Notes: generated from the letters alone by a model not told the origin. A DNA stretch of 58,217 nt from an uncultured Candidatus Saccharibacteria bacterium (GCA_964360335.1 CAYHVH010000003.1:1-58217); one strand, 5' to 3'; numbered from the stretch's first letter, positions 1 to 9,414 are shown. A program made the numbers and translations.

Positions 1-2
1 TT

Positions 3-674
3 GCATCGAAAATTGACAACCTTACAGCCGGCAATCCAGATTCTCCAAAAATCATGGAACAAAGTGTCAGTGACTCGCTCTTGAAACTTAATTTGCCCGC
101 CCTGGATATTTGCTACCTCCACCAAAATGAGATTGAGATACTTAGTGATAAATATGTGCACGAGGGATTGGGCATATTGAAAGAAAAAGGACTGATCCGA
201 AAGATCGGTGCCTCGATTTACAGCGAGGAGGAATGCCTATACGCTCTGAAATCGGGGGTGTTTGATATCATTCAGGTTCCGGTGAGTGTTTTTGATCTCG
301 GACTTTATAATAGTTTTGTTTATGAGCATTCAACCTCGATCGTACTTGTCGCCCGTTCCTTGCTTTTGCAAGGGATTCTGGTTAATCGCAAATCCATGAA
401 TAAACGGATTAGGCGGTCCGAGCCCGTGCGGAAGTATCTTGACAAGCTTGATAAAATCGCTGACAGTTGCGGCATCTCAACGTTGGAAATGGCGCTGGCT
501 TTTGTATATGGACTCCCCGGAATCGACTATTATGTCATCGGTACAACGTCTCTGCAAAACCTAAAGCACGATATTGAATGTATGAAAGTTGAATTGCCGC
601 AGTATGTTACTGATGAACTCAAAGCATTGGCAGGTGTGGAGAAGGAGTGGACCAATGCACGCAATTGGAAATAA
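3..674 (+). CDS. aldo/keto reductase family oxidoreductase, C-terminal part (5' end lies upstream of the window)
   Basis: The frame is open from nt 3 with no stop before the listed Met at 54. SLLKLNLPALDICYLHQ, IRKIGASIY and TLEMALAFVYGLPGIDYYVIGT fit the AKR pattern. Confidence 0.7.
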   Translation, partial: ASKIDNLTAGNPDSPKIMEQSVSDSLLKLNLPALDICYLHQNEIEILSDKYVHEGLGILKEKGLIRKIGASIYSEEECLYALKSGVFDIIQVPVSVFDLGLYNSFVYEHSTSIVLVARSLLLQGILVNRKSMNKRIRRSEPVRKYLDKLDKIADSCGISTLEMALAFVYGLPGIDYYVIGTTSLQNLKHDIECMKVELPQYVTDELKALAGVEKEWTNARNWK

Positions 675-710
675 GATTTATGCCTTCCGGATTTTGAATG
701 ATTAAGTTTA

Positions 711-800
711 GCGTCATTGCGAGCGGCCGAAAGGCCGCGCGACAATCTTAATTCGAGATTGCCTACTCGTTCCGCCTTTCGGTCCTCCTCGCAATGACAG
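711..800. repeat. family B palindromic element: two inverted units (gtcattgcgag...gacaatc / gagattgc...ctcgcaatgac)
   Basis: The termini GTCATTGCGAG and CTCGCAATGAC are reverse complements. The same termini recur at 6798, 23604, 50742, 54973, 55761 and 58051. Confidence 0.85.
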
Positions 801-806
801 ACGTAT

Positions 807-2309
807 ATGAGTCTACAAGGCAAAAAAATATTTATTTTTCAGCAGCGCAACTGGGGCCGGACCATCGGTCATTTTTTGGCCAAGAAACTTACGGCTGAAG
901 GTTGCGTATTGGCGGCTTGGACTATGAAGCCCAGCACCCACAAATTTACCAAAAACCAGAAAGACGTAAAATACGAATTCTTAATCAATGATGACGAGGC
1001 GCTAAATGATCCAGTGCGATATTTAAGCCATGAGGATTATTCTCTTCAAGAAATTTGTGAAGCTTTGGGGGTCCCCGGTGTTTGGCCAATGGCCTCCACG
1101 ATTAGAAATTATGTCAAATCTTATCGCGAAAAATTCTACTACAGTTTTCGGCAAAACGTTCCGGATGAGCAGATCGTGGCCTATATCAAAGCAGTCTATA
1201 AGTACCTTAAACGGGTTTTTGAGGAGTTCCAGCCGGATTTGATTCTCGCCCCAAATTTCGTAGTTCTGCCGCATATTATGTTCAATCTTTACGGGCAAAA
1301 ACGCGGGATACCGATGCTCGCTGTTACCGACAGCAAAGTCCAGGGAATTAACATCTTTACTTACTCTTACCGAGACGACAAGGGGCCGTTTTTTGAGCGA
1401 GTGGATGCGCTCAATCAAAATCTGGACGAGACAATTAATCGCGAACGGGCCAAAAAATACATTGCGGAATTTCGGCAAAGTTTTAAGCATCCCGACCATA
1501 CCGAACTACCGGTTTCCCGCGGTTCTATTTGGCGAATAGTTCGCCACGAACTCTCGCCCTTCTATCAAATTTTGAAATGGTATTGGAAGCGGCCCGAAAA
1601 TGAACTTCCGGCCCTGGGTCCGACTTTGGATTTTCGTCCACCCGGAATAATTTTGCGTGACCATTTTGCCAGAAAACGGTATCAAAAATTTGCCGAAAAG
1701 TTTTCTTACCACCCGATTGAGAAGATTCAAAAGTACGTTTATTTCCCCTTGCAGTTTCAGCCGGAAGCCGCTATCGATGTCATCGCCCCTTTCTTCAACA
1801 ACCAAATCGAGACGGCGAGGCTGGTCGCAATGTCTTTGCCCGCCGATTACACCCTGGTGGTAAAAGAACATCCGTCAATGGTGGGATTGCGTCCGCCGTC
1901 TTATTTAGAAAAAATTGCTCGGAGCCCCAACGTCAAGCTGGTTGATTATCGGATTCCCAGTGAAGAAATTTTACGAAAGGCCCGGTTGGTAGTGAATTTA
2001 GGAAATACGATTCTGGCCGAAGCGGCTCTTTACAAAATTCCCGGAATTCAGCTCGGGGACTTGGGCGTGACCTTAAAACTCCCGAATGTCTGGAAGCACA
2101 CGGATATGACGAGTCTTTCAAAAAAGATCCAAGAAGTCCTAGAAGTTGATCTAAACACCGCTGATTATGAGCGCCGGTTGGAGAATTTCGTGGCCGCGGC
2201 ATTTGATGCGGGTTTTGATTTCAAGTATTTTGAGGTCTGGGCTAAAGGGGGAGATATGAATATTTTGTGGCAGATTTATAAAAAGGAAATAGAAAAGGTC
2301 CTTGTATGA
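807..2309 (+). CDS. capsule polysaccharide biosynthesis-like protein (KpsS/KpsC Capsule_synth-type, tentative)
   Basis: 500 aa. YVYFPLQFQPEAAIDV...LVVKEHPSM resembles the Capsule_synth signature as I remember it. The stop overlaps the start of the next gene (2306-2309). Confidence 0.5.
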   Translation: MSLQGKKIFIFQQRNWGRTIGHFLAKKLTAEGCVLAAWTMKPSTHKFTKNQKDVKYEFLINDDEALNDPVRYLSHEDYSLQEICEALGVPGVWPMASTIRNYVKSYREKFYYSFRQNVPDEQIVAYIKAVYKYLKRVFEEFQPDLILAPNFVVLPHIMFNLYGQKRGIPMLAVTDSKVQGINIFTYSYRDDKGPFFERVDALNQNLDETINRERAKKYIAEFRQSFKHPDHTELPVSRGSIWRIVRHELSPFYQILKWYWKRPENELPALGPTLDFRPPGIILRDHFARKRYQKFAEKFSYHPIEKIQKYVYFPLQFQPEAAIDVIAPFFNNQIETARLVAMSLPADYTLVVKEHPSMVGLRPPSYLEKIARSPNVKLVDYRIPSEEILRKARLVVNLGNTILAEAALYKIPGIQLGDLGVTLKLPNVWKHTDMTSLSKKIQEVLEVDLNTADYERRLENFVAAAFDAGFDFKYFEVWAKGGDMNILWQIYKKEIEKVLV

Positions 2310-3100
2310 CCATTAGTACCATTATTCCCACTTGTGATCGTCAGGATTATCTCAAACAGGCCCTCGAATCGGTTTTGAGCCAGACGGTAAAGCCTCTCGA
2401 GATAATTATCGTCAATAACGGGAAGGAGCAATTACAATTGCCAGTCGAGTTGGCGGCTAAAGCGAAGATTTACAATATCCTTCCTTATGCAGGAGCAGCG
2501 CAAGCCCGAAACTTTGGGGCAAGTGTGGCTGCCGGAGATTACTTGGCATTTCTGGATGACGACGACCTCTGGGAAGAAAAATATTTGGAAAAGGTCAGTA
2601 AAGCATTGGCGACCGGAGCAGAATGCGTAATCAGCCGCTTGGACGAACTTAAGGAAGGGCAGGTTTCTTTATACAAAAACGCTCACGGGAAACTGACACT
2701 GGCGAATCTTTTCGTCTACAACCCCGGGGTTACGGGTTCCAATCTGGTAGTTTTCCGGAAGCTGTTTTTTGCGGTCAGCGGGTTTGATCCCAAACTGCCG
2801 CCCTCGGAAGACAAGGGATTTCTGATTGAGGTACTGCGCCGCGGCCATAAAGTTGCGACTTTGCCCGACAATCAGGCGATTATTCGGGTGCACACTCACA
2901 GCCGGCATTCCGATGATGCGGCGCGCCTGGCGGAAGGGATTAATCAATTTACCAGAAAATACGGGAAACTCATGACGAGAAAGCAACATTTGAAAAATTG
3001 GCTCAAGGTTTACCGCTATCGTTACAAAGGCGGAAGCAAAAAGGCTCTCCTGGTTTACATCCCGTTGTATTTTCTCTTTCGCTTGATGAAATTTTTGTGA
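2306..3100 (+). CDS. glycosyltransferase family 2
   Basis: IIPTCDRQDYLKQALESVLSQT at the N-terminus and LAFLDDDDLW are GT-A/GT2 signatures. Confidence 0.85.
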   Translation: MTISTIIPTCDRQDYLKQALESVLSQTVKPLEIIIVNNGKEQLQLPVELAAKAKIYNILPYAGAAQARNFGASVAAGDYLAFLDDDDLWEEKYLEKVSKALATGAECVISRLDELKEGQVSLYKNAHGKLTLANLFVYNPGVTGSNLVVFRKLFFAVSGFDPKLPPSEDKGFLIEVLRRGHKVATLPDNQAIIRVHTHSRHSDDAARLAEGINQFTRKYGKLMTRKQHLKNWLKVYRYRYKGGSKKALLVYIPLYFLFRLMKFL

Positions 3101-3114
3101 TTTAGGTCAAGTCA

Positions 3115-4416
3115 ATGGATTACCTGCAAAAAATTCTCAATAAGTTTCGTTCCTATCCCCGCCCGGCGTTTCTCCGCTTGAGTTTAAAGCTCCGAAGTCC
3201 GCAACTGACGGCTTGGGCCTTGAAATTGCTCTGCGGTAAAATAAACGATTCGGGCCGATTTACCGTGTTGTGTCTCGGGCGAAGCGTTTTTTTGGACGAC
3301 GTCAAAGCCCTGGCCGCTTTGGGCCAAAACCTGCAATATGTGGTTATTCATATCCGACACTTCAAAACCATTTTTGGCCATCTAGTAAAGAAATCCGAGA
3401 CCGAGGGACTGACCGAGAGTAATTACCATTCCCATTCCTTAAGTGAAAAGGGCAGAAACAGATATTACGCTTACCTCAAAAAAGTCCTGCCTTTTCTGCA
3501 AAAACTTATCGGTTTTGACGCTGTCCTGTCCGGCAATGTGGGGTATATCGTTCAGCAGGAAATAGCCAAAGTTTGTGAAGCAGAGCGAGTGCCGTTCATT
3601 GTTTTGCACAAAGAAGGGATGGACGCCTTTGGTTACGTCCATACGTATGACGGCCAAAAGTTTATCGGAGCGCGGATGTTGTTCGGTAATCAGAAGATGA
3701 GAGACTCGCTTTTGGCCATGAAGATGCCGGGTTTGACCGAGGACAAGGCCCGCGTGGTAGGCATGCCGCGATTTGATTTTTATCACAGTCAAAACGACCA
3801 CAGTCCCAAGAAGCAGGTTGTGTTCTTTTCGTTTTTTCCGCAAGATCGGCTCATCGCTTCGATTTCCGAGGGAAAAAATCTCCAGCAGGCCAAAGAAGCG
3901 TATGCGAATTTTCATAAGCTGGTTATGGAATTTGCCTTGCGCCACCCCGAGATAAAGGTCACCATCAAAACCAAGGCGGCGGCGTATTTTGTTCAATACG
4001 TAAAAGATATTTTGCAAGCCAGTTTCCCAGAGGGGATACCGAATTTATTCATAACTAATTCAATTAATCCTTTTGAGTTGATCAGGAATTCCGACGCCGT
4101 CGTTTCTTTCAATTCCACGACTTTGATTGAGGGGCTTCTGGGGGGGAAAATCATAATTTCTCCGGATTTTCGAGATTTGATTTCCGATACGTCATGGAAT
4201 TTTTTTGCGAGCTACCCCGATTTAATCCATTACGTCAAGAATGAGTCAGAACTCGAAGACCGCCTCTTGCATCCGCGGAAATATTCTGAATATGACCCTT
4301 CGCGAAAACAAGCATTTTTGAAGGAAGTCATATTTCTCCCGGACGGAAAGGCCAGTCTCCGTACCGAATTAGAGATTCTCGGAGCTATTAAGGAATATCA
4401 GACCAAAATCTCATGA
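3115..4416 (+). CDS. hypothetical protein, possibly a capsule/teichoic-type glycosyl- or glycerophosphotransferase
   Basis: 433 aa in the glycan operon. The C-terminal VVSFNSTTLIEGLLGGKIII resembles the nucleotide-sugar binding end of such transferases. This is weak pattern recognition only. Confidence 0.45.
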   Translation: MDYLQKILNKFRSYPRPAFLRLSLKLRSPQLTAWALKLLCGKINDSGRFTVLCLGRSVFLDDVKALAALGQNLQYVVIHIRHFKTIFGHLVKKSETEGLTESNYHSHSLSEKGRNRYYAYLKKVLPFLQKLIGFDAVLSGNVGYIVQQEIAKVCEAERVPFIVLHKEGMDAFGYVHTYDGQKFIGARMLFGNQKMRDSLLAMKMPGLTEDKARVVGMPRFDFYHSQNDHSPKKQVVFFSFFPQDRLIASISEGKNLQQAKEAYANFHKLVMEFALRHPEIKVTIKTKAAAYFVQYVKDILQASFPEGIPNLFITNSINPFELIRNSDAVVSFNSTTLIEGLLGGKIIISPDFRDLISDTSWNFFASYPDLIHYVKNESELEDRLLHPRKYSEYDPSRKQAFLKEVIFLPDGKASLRTELEILGAIKEYQTKIS

Positions 4417-5117
4417 AAAAAATAAGAATAGAAAAGTTAAGTAATCAGGCCGTTGAAATTTACCAGAAATTTCAGCAGCAAACGGGTTCAGAACGCATTG
4501 CCACACCAGTTAATCTGGAGGCCTTGCTTCGCCTTTGCCGGGAGATAAAACCACAACGGATTTTAGAGCTAGGAGGGGGAATTGGGACGATTAGTTATAC
4601 TTTACTCAATAATTCCGAGGCGGCCTTGGATATTTACGAAGATAATGAGTTTTGTCAGAAAAAATTACGGGAAAATTTAGCCCCGTTTATGGGCAGGTTC
4701 CAGATTTTAGAGACTTACCGTTTGTTACCACCTTCCCGGGAATACGATTTGATTGTGGTTGATGGCGGTAACGGGAAATCTTGGGATGGCGGGTTTAATC
4801 AAGCAATTTGGTTTTACCTCCACTATCTTAAATCCGTAAAAACTATCTATGTTGAGGGCTATCGCCGCCTGCAACGGTTTTGGGCGAGAAAGGCCCTGCG
4901 CCACCGCTACCTCTATAACCTTGTCCAATATGATAAAATGGATTGGGAGGGAATATCCTGGAAAGGGGGGTTGTTGATGGAATGTCGGCCGAGCAGTTCC
5001 GCGATTTTCCGGTTTTTAAACTTTGTTTATTGGGAATTGATCGAATGGTATTCAATAAAGAATTTTTTGGAGTACCGGTGGGGTAGATTTAAATCTGCCT
5101 TAGGCAGACTCAAATGA
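4413..5117 (+). CDS. class I SAM-dependent methyltransferase-like protein
   Basis: ILELGGGIGTISY (motif I, GxGxG) and a downstream acidic strand DLIVVDGG. The start overlaps the previous stop. Confidence 0.55.
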   Translation: MKKIRIEKLSNQAVEIYQKFQQQTGSERIATPVNLEALLRLCREIKPQRILELGGGIGTISYTLLNNSEAALDIYEDNEFCQKKLRENLAPFMGRFQILETYRLLPPSREYDLIVVDGGNGKSWDGGFNQAIWFYLHYLKSVKTIYVEGYRRLQRFWARKALRHRYLYNLVQYDKMDWEGISWKGGLLMECRPSSSAIFRFLNFVYWELIEWYSIKNFLEYRWGRFKSALGRLK

Positions 5118-5950
5118 CAAACAATACTGCCAAAAAATTGGATTTGTCAGGAAAGACCATCTTGCTTACAGGTGCTACCGGTTTTTTTGGGCGGCATTTT
5201 GCCCAAGGCTTTTTGGAAGCGGGGGCAAAAGTGGTCCTACTGGGTCGGTCCTTAAAGCTAGCGGCTCAAGTGCGGGAACTGCAAAGACAATACGGCAAAA
5301 GTCGCGCCGTTGGTTTTCGAGTAGATTTTTATGCCAGGGCAAAATTTGCCAAAGTTTTGAAACAGGTCGTGAGGCGCTTCAAAATCGACGTCCTCGTGAA
5401 TAACGCTTTTGATTTTAGTTCCAGGACCGGTTTCAATACGCCCAAAGGAAAACTAGAAAACGCGCTTTACGAACAATGGCAGGCGGCGTTTGAGTCCGGG
5501 ATTTACTGGGCGGTCCTTACTACGCAGGTTATCGGTAGCCAAATGAGAAAGCGCAAAACCGGAAGCATTATTAACATCAGTTCAATGTACGGCATAGTGG
5601 CGCCCAATCCGGATTTGTACAAAGGTACGACTAAATTCAACCCGCCCAGTTACAGCGTGGTCAAAGCCGGTCTTCTAGCCCTGACCCGCTATACGGCTAC
5701 ATTTTGGGCGGAGGATGGCGTACGCTGCAACAGTATTAGCCCGGGCGCATTTTCCAATTTAGAAAGTGTTACAGCCAATAGTGTGGCTCCTCAAGATCCT
5801 TTCTTGAGACGGCTTCGGGAGAAAATTCTTCTGGGGGTTACGGGTCATCCCAGGGATCTTCTTGGCGCGCTCTTATTTTTGGCTTCGGACGGCTCGAGTT
5901 ATATGACCGGTCAAAATATTGTCATTGACGGCGGGTGGACCATAATTTGA
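5114..5950 (+). CDS. SDR family oxidoreductase
   Basis: TGATGFFGRHFA (TGxxGxxG), NNAF and YSVVKAG (YxxxK). Confidence 0.85.
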   Translation: MTNNTAKKLDLSGKTILLTGATGFFGRHFAQGFLEAGAKVVLLGRSLKLAAQVRELQRQYGKSRAVGFRVDFYARAKFAKVLKQVVRRFKIDVLVNNAFDFSSRTGFNTPKGKLENALYEQWQAAFESGIYWAVLTTQVIGSQMRKRKTGSIINISSMYGIVAPNPDLYKGTTKFNPPSYSVVKAGLLALTRYTATFWAEDGVRCNSISPGAFSNLESVTANSVAPQDPFLRRLREKILLGVTGHPRDLLGALLFLASDGSSYMTGQNIVIDGGWTII

Positions 5951-5954
5951 TTGC

Positions 5955-6794
5955 ATGGCTTACGCTATTGGCATAATGCAAGGGCGTTTGAGTCGCCCAG
6001 TGCAAAACCGCATCCAGGCTTTCCCCAGCCAAACTTGGGAGCAAGAATTTAAAACTGCTTCGCAGATTGGCCTTGCTGCGATTGAATGGATTTTTGAAGA
6101 ACCGTATGCGGAAAATCCTCTGTGGTCTCCGGCTGGCCGAGAGGAGATTAAAAAACACACGGCCGAAACCGGTGTGAGGGTTGACCACGTTTGCGCCGAC
6201 TATTTTATGGAACATCCATTTTTTCGGGTCTCTGCTGCAGAAGGGCAGCAGAGCTCGGCGATTTTGAAAGAACTCATACCTTTCTGCCGGGAGATTGGGG
6301 CGAAGAGCGTTGAGTTGCCGTTTTTGGATAATTCCCGAATTGACTCGCAGGAGGAAATGGATGCGACCGTGAGGGCAATGAGGGCCGCCCTCCCCGTCGC
6401 TCAAGAAGAGAAACTGGCGATTGCTTTGGAGACGTCTTTGGCCGCTCCGGCCTTCCGGAAACTTCTGGAGGACATGGATCACCCCTTGGTGAAAGCAGTG
6501 TATGATATCGGCAACAGCGCGTCTTTGGGTTATGATACCAGCGAAGAGATTGCGGCCTTGGGAAAGTATCTTAGTAACGTGCATATCAAAGACCGTTTGC
6601 TGGGCGCTGGTACTGTACCGCTCGGGCAGGGGAATGCGGATTTTGCCAAGACTTTTCAAGCCCTAAAGGACCTAAATTACCAAGGCGATTTTACCCTCCA
6701 AGTTGCCAGAGGAGAAGAAGGCCAAGAGGTGGAAACCGCCAAGAAACACTTCGATCTTTTAAAGAATCTTTTAAACGATTACTTTATAAAATAA
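5955..6794 (+). CDS. sugar phosphate isomerase/epimerase (xylose-isomerase-like TIM barrel)
   Basis: 279 aa. The spaced segments AAIEWIFE, SVELPFLD, IALET and VHIKD match the metal-ligand strand pattern of the AP_endonuc_2/TIM-barrel family. Confidence 0.65.
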   Translation: MAYAIGIMQGRLSRPVQNRIQAFPSQTWEQEFKTASQIGLAAIEWIFEEPYAENPLWSPAGREEIKKHTAETGVRVDHVCADYFMEHPFFRVSAAEGQQSSAILKELIPFCREIGAKSVELPFLDNSRIDSQEEMDATVRAMRAALPVAQEEKLAIALETSLAAPAFRKLLEDMDHPLVKAVYDIGNSASLGYDTSEEIAALGKYLSNVHIKDRLLGAGTVPLGQGNADFAKTFQALKDLNYQGDFTLQVARGEEGQEVETAKKHFDLLKNLLNDYFIK

Positions 6795-6797
6795 ATT

Positions 6798-6829
6798 GTC
6801 ATTGCGAGGCTTGATAGGCCGAAGCAATC
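6798..6829. repeat. family B palindromic element (single unit gtcattgcgag...gaagcaatc)
   Basis: gtcattgcgaggcttgataggccgaagcaatc fills the gap before the second SDR gene. Confidence 0.8.
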
Positions 6830-6842
6830 TTTGCGAAAATTT

Positions 6843-7682
6843 ATGAGCAATAATTCAGCTATCAAAAAAATGTTTGATCTCACTGGCCGGGTCGCGGTTA
6901 TCACGGGTGGCGCGGGGCTTTTGGGTCCCAAGCACGCCGAGGCCTTGGCCGAGTTTGGAGCGGTTCCAATTTTGTTTGATATTAGCCCCAGAGTGCAAAA
7001 GGTGGCCCAAGCAGTTGCCAAGAAATTTCGAACTAAAACCCTAGGGCTAAAAGTTGACATTACGAAAAAGGCTGAACTCGAGAAAGCGTTGCGCGTGATT
7101 CTGAAGAAATTTGGGCGGATTGACATTCTCATCAATAATGCGGCCAATAATCCGGCAGTCAAGGCCAGCGGTTTCTCCCAAAACTGGTCGCGCTTGGAAA
7201 ATTTTCCACTTAACGCCTGGGAAAACGATATGGCAGTGGGACTCACGGGTGCTTTTCTTGCTTCCCAAGTATTTGGAAGCGAAATGGCCAGAAGGCGCGA
7301 GGGTGTAATTTTAAATATTTCTTCGGATTTGGGGATCATTGCCCCTGACCAGCGGATTTACCGCAAACCCGGTCTTGCTTCTGATGAGCAGCCGGTCAAA
7401 CCCGTGACTTATTCGGTGCTGAAGCATGGGATTTTGGGACTTACGAAGTATCTTGCTAGTTATTGGGCCGAAGCAGGGGTAAGGGTCAATGCCATTAGCC
7501 CGGGCGGGGTTTATAATCAGCAACCGGCAGGCTTTGTGGAGAAGCTCACAGCCCATATTCCGCTCAAACGCATGGCCAACATAGACGAATACAAGGCTGC
7601 TATCGTCTTTTTGGTCTCGGATGCTTCAAGTTATATGACTGGCGCAAATTTAGTGGTTGACGGAGGGCGGACTGTATGGTAA
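6843..7682 (+). CDS. SDR family oxidoreductase
   Basis: ITGGAGLLGPKHA, NNAA and YSVLKHG. I place the start at the ATG at 6843, because the TTG at 6831 lies inside the repeat. Confidence 0.85.
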   Translation: MSNNSAIKKMFDLTGRVAVITGGAGLLGPKHAEALAEFGAVPILFDISPRVQKVAQAVAKKFRTKTLGLKVDITKKAELEKALRVILKKFGRIDILINNAANNPAVKASGFSQNWSRLENFPLNAWENDMAVGLTGAFLASQVFGSEMARRREGVILNISSDLGIIAPDQRIYRKPGLASDEQPVKPVTYSVLKHGILGLTKYLASYWAEAGVRVNAISPGGVYNQQPAGFVEKLTAHIPLKRMANIDEYKAAIVFLVSDASSYMTGANLVVDGGRTVW

Positions 7683-8398
7683 AAATTCCAAGAAAAATTA
7701 TTGCCGTTATTCCCGCGCGGGGAGGATCAAAACGAATAAAAAATAAAAATTTGGTCATGCTTGCCGGTAAACCCCTTTTGGCGCATTCCATTGAGCATGC
7801 CAAAAATTCCAAATATGTCGCAAAGGTCATCGTTTCAACTGATGATCAAAGGATAGCGGCAGTGGCAAAAAAATATGGCGCGGCAGTAGTTATGCGCCCC
7901 AAAAATCTGGCAACTGACAAAGCCTCAAGCGAGGAGGCTCTCCTCCATGTTTTGGATAATTTGCATAAGATTTCTCCCTCCCCAGGCGTGGGGAGGGTAA
8001 GGGAGAGGTCGCCTGATGCAGTCGTGTTTCTGCAGTGCACATCGCCAGTTAGAAAAAAAGATGATATTGACAAAGCCATTAGGCATTTTATTAAAACTCG
8101 AGCCGATTCCCTTTTTTCCGCCTGTCGCAATTACGGATTGGTTTGGGAGCGACGAAAAGGCAAATTTTATTCTTTGAATTACGATTTCCGCCACCGCAAG
8201 CGCGAGCAAAAAATGGCGCCGCAATATCGGGAAAACGGTTCAATTTATGTTTTAAAACCAGAAATTCTTAAGAAATATCACAATCGCTTGGGCGGCAAAA
8301 TCGCGGTTTACGAAATGGATTTTTGGAAATCTTTTCAGGTGGATGAGCCACAAGACTTAAAATTCGTTGAGTGGATCATAAAAAATTGGGTCAGGTGA
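7676..8398 (+). CDS. acylneuraminate-type (NeuA/CTP_transf_3) cytidylyltransferase, CMP-sugar synthetase
   Basis: IAVIPARGGSKRIKNKNL N-terminal signature and LQCTSPVR. It carries a 13-codon repeat-derived insert (SPSPGVGRVRERS). Confidence 0.8.
   Translation: MVKIPRKIIAVIPARGGSKRIKNKNLVMLAGKPLLAHSIEHAKNSKYVAKVIVSTDDQRIAAVAKKYGAAVVMRPKNLATDKASSEEALLHVLDNLHKISPSPGVGRVRERSPDAVVFLQCTSPVRKKDDIDKAIRHFIKTRADSLFSACRNYGLVWERRKGKFYSLNYDFRHRKREQKMAPQYRENGSIYVLKPEILKKYHNRLGGKIAVYEMDFWKSFQVDEPQDLKFVEWIIKNWVR
7973..8011. repeat. family A palindromic element (truncated copy) inside the cytidylyltransferase CDS
   Basis: The core CCCTCCCCAGGCGTGGGGAGGG (8-bp stem) followed by gggagaggtcg is the same as at 26090, 49587 and 50826. 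Confidence 0.85.
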
Positions 8399-8429
8399 CC
8401 CGATTTAAAATTTTAAAAAAAGCGGTTTT

Positions 8430-8996
8430 TCAGAAAGCCTCGTCGACAAGTTCACAGAGGATATGGTTGACGAACATATAGGTTTCCTGGATCCGGGACT
8501 CGCGGCGAGAATGCGCTCGGAAAACAATGTCGGAAAGGTCGGCGACGGTATTTTTTTGACTGCCGGTGAAGCTGATAGTTTTGATTCCTTGTTTTTTGCA
8601 GTATTTTACTGCGTAAACCACGTTTTTTGATTCCCCGCTGGTGGTAAAACAAATAACCAAATCCCCCGGTTCAGCAATGGCCTTAAGTTGGCGCCAAAAA
8701 ATATAGTGATAATCCCAGTCATTAGCAATCGCGGTTATAGTTGATATATTTTCGGTAAGCGCAATAGCTGGTAACCCCCGCCTGATTCTGGTTTTGGAGG
8801 ATATGCCTACGTATTCTTCCGCCATGTGGATGGCGTCAGCTGCGCTCCCCCCGTTTCCCAAGAAAATGAGTTTATGGCCATTTTTAAGGCAAGTGATGAT
8901 TTCTTGGGCAATTTGCTCAACCTCTTTTTCGAAAGAAGGAAGCATTTGCGCGATTTCTAAGTTTTCCTGGAAATTTTTTTGAATCGTGGAATTCAT
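8430..8996 (-). CDS. gmhA: SIS-domain phosphoheptose isomerase-like protein
   Basis: FLGNGGSAADAIHMAEE, TTSGESKNV and RIQETYMFVNHILCELV match the GmhA pattern. Confidence 0.75.
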   Translation of the reverse strand: MNSTIQKNFQENLEIAQMLPSFEKEVEQIAQEIITCLKNGHKLIFLGNGGSAADAIHMAEEYVGISSKTRIRRGLPAIALTENISTITAIANDWDYHYIFWRQLKAIAEPGDLVICFTTSGESKNVVYAVKYCKKQGIKTISFTGSQKNTVADLSDIVFRAHSRRESRIQETYMFVNHILCELVDEAF

Positions 8997-9112
8997 ATCG
9001 TATTTTTCCGCCGAAGTTTTGCGGCAATCGGTTTCTCGGATTCCAAAAGCACTTTTTGGGGATTACCGAGAACCGATTTTGCGCTTGCCGGTCATCATAA
9101 ACTTAGAGATCG

Positions 9113-9358
9113 CTACCAGGGGTTGATGGTCTCGACGACTTTTTTCTTCAATTTCAAATAAGCTTTGGTGGCCCGCTTTTCTACCTCGGGGGAGACGAGG
9201 CGCAGAATTTCTTTGCCTAAAATTCGGTACTGCCCCCCGATCTTATTGGCTTTAATCAGTCCTTTTTTGAGGAGGCGCTTAATGGTACTACTGCTGATTT
9301 TTAGAAAGGCGCGAGTTTCAGCAGTGGTGTAAACTTGATTTTCCCGGATTTCCGCCAT
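9113..9358 (-). CDS. excisionase/MerR-type helix-turn-helix DNA-binding protein
   Basis: YTTAETRAFLKISSSTIKRLLKKGLIKANKIGGQYRI is the HTH_17-type pattern. Confidence 0.7.
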   Translation of the reverse strand: MAEIRENQVYTTAETRAFLKISSSTIKRLLKKGLIKANKIGGQYRILGKEILRLVSPEVEKRATKAYLKLKKKVVETINPW

Positions 9359-9366
9359 ACCTTGAT

Positions 9367-9400
9367 GGTATCATAGGGTATCAAAAGGTGTCAATAGGTC
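9367..9400 (-). promoter_or_regulatory. three to four tandem 10-bp repeats (GGTATCAnnn) directly upstream of the HTH gene; candidate operator
   Basis: ggtatcatag ggtatcaaaa ggtgtcaata ggtctct begins 9 nt upstream of the start codon at 9358. Confidence 0.5.
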
Positions 9401-9414
9401 TCTGATAAATTCGC

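Noticed and set aside
5922-6659. 245-aa ORF on the minus strand
   Set aside because: It is antisense to the TIM-barrel isomerase gene, which sits in a co-directional coupled operon.
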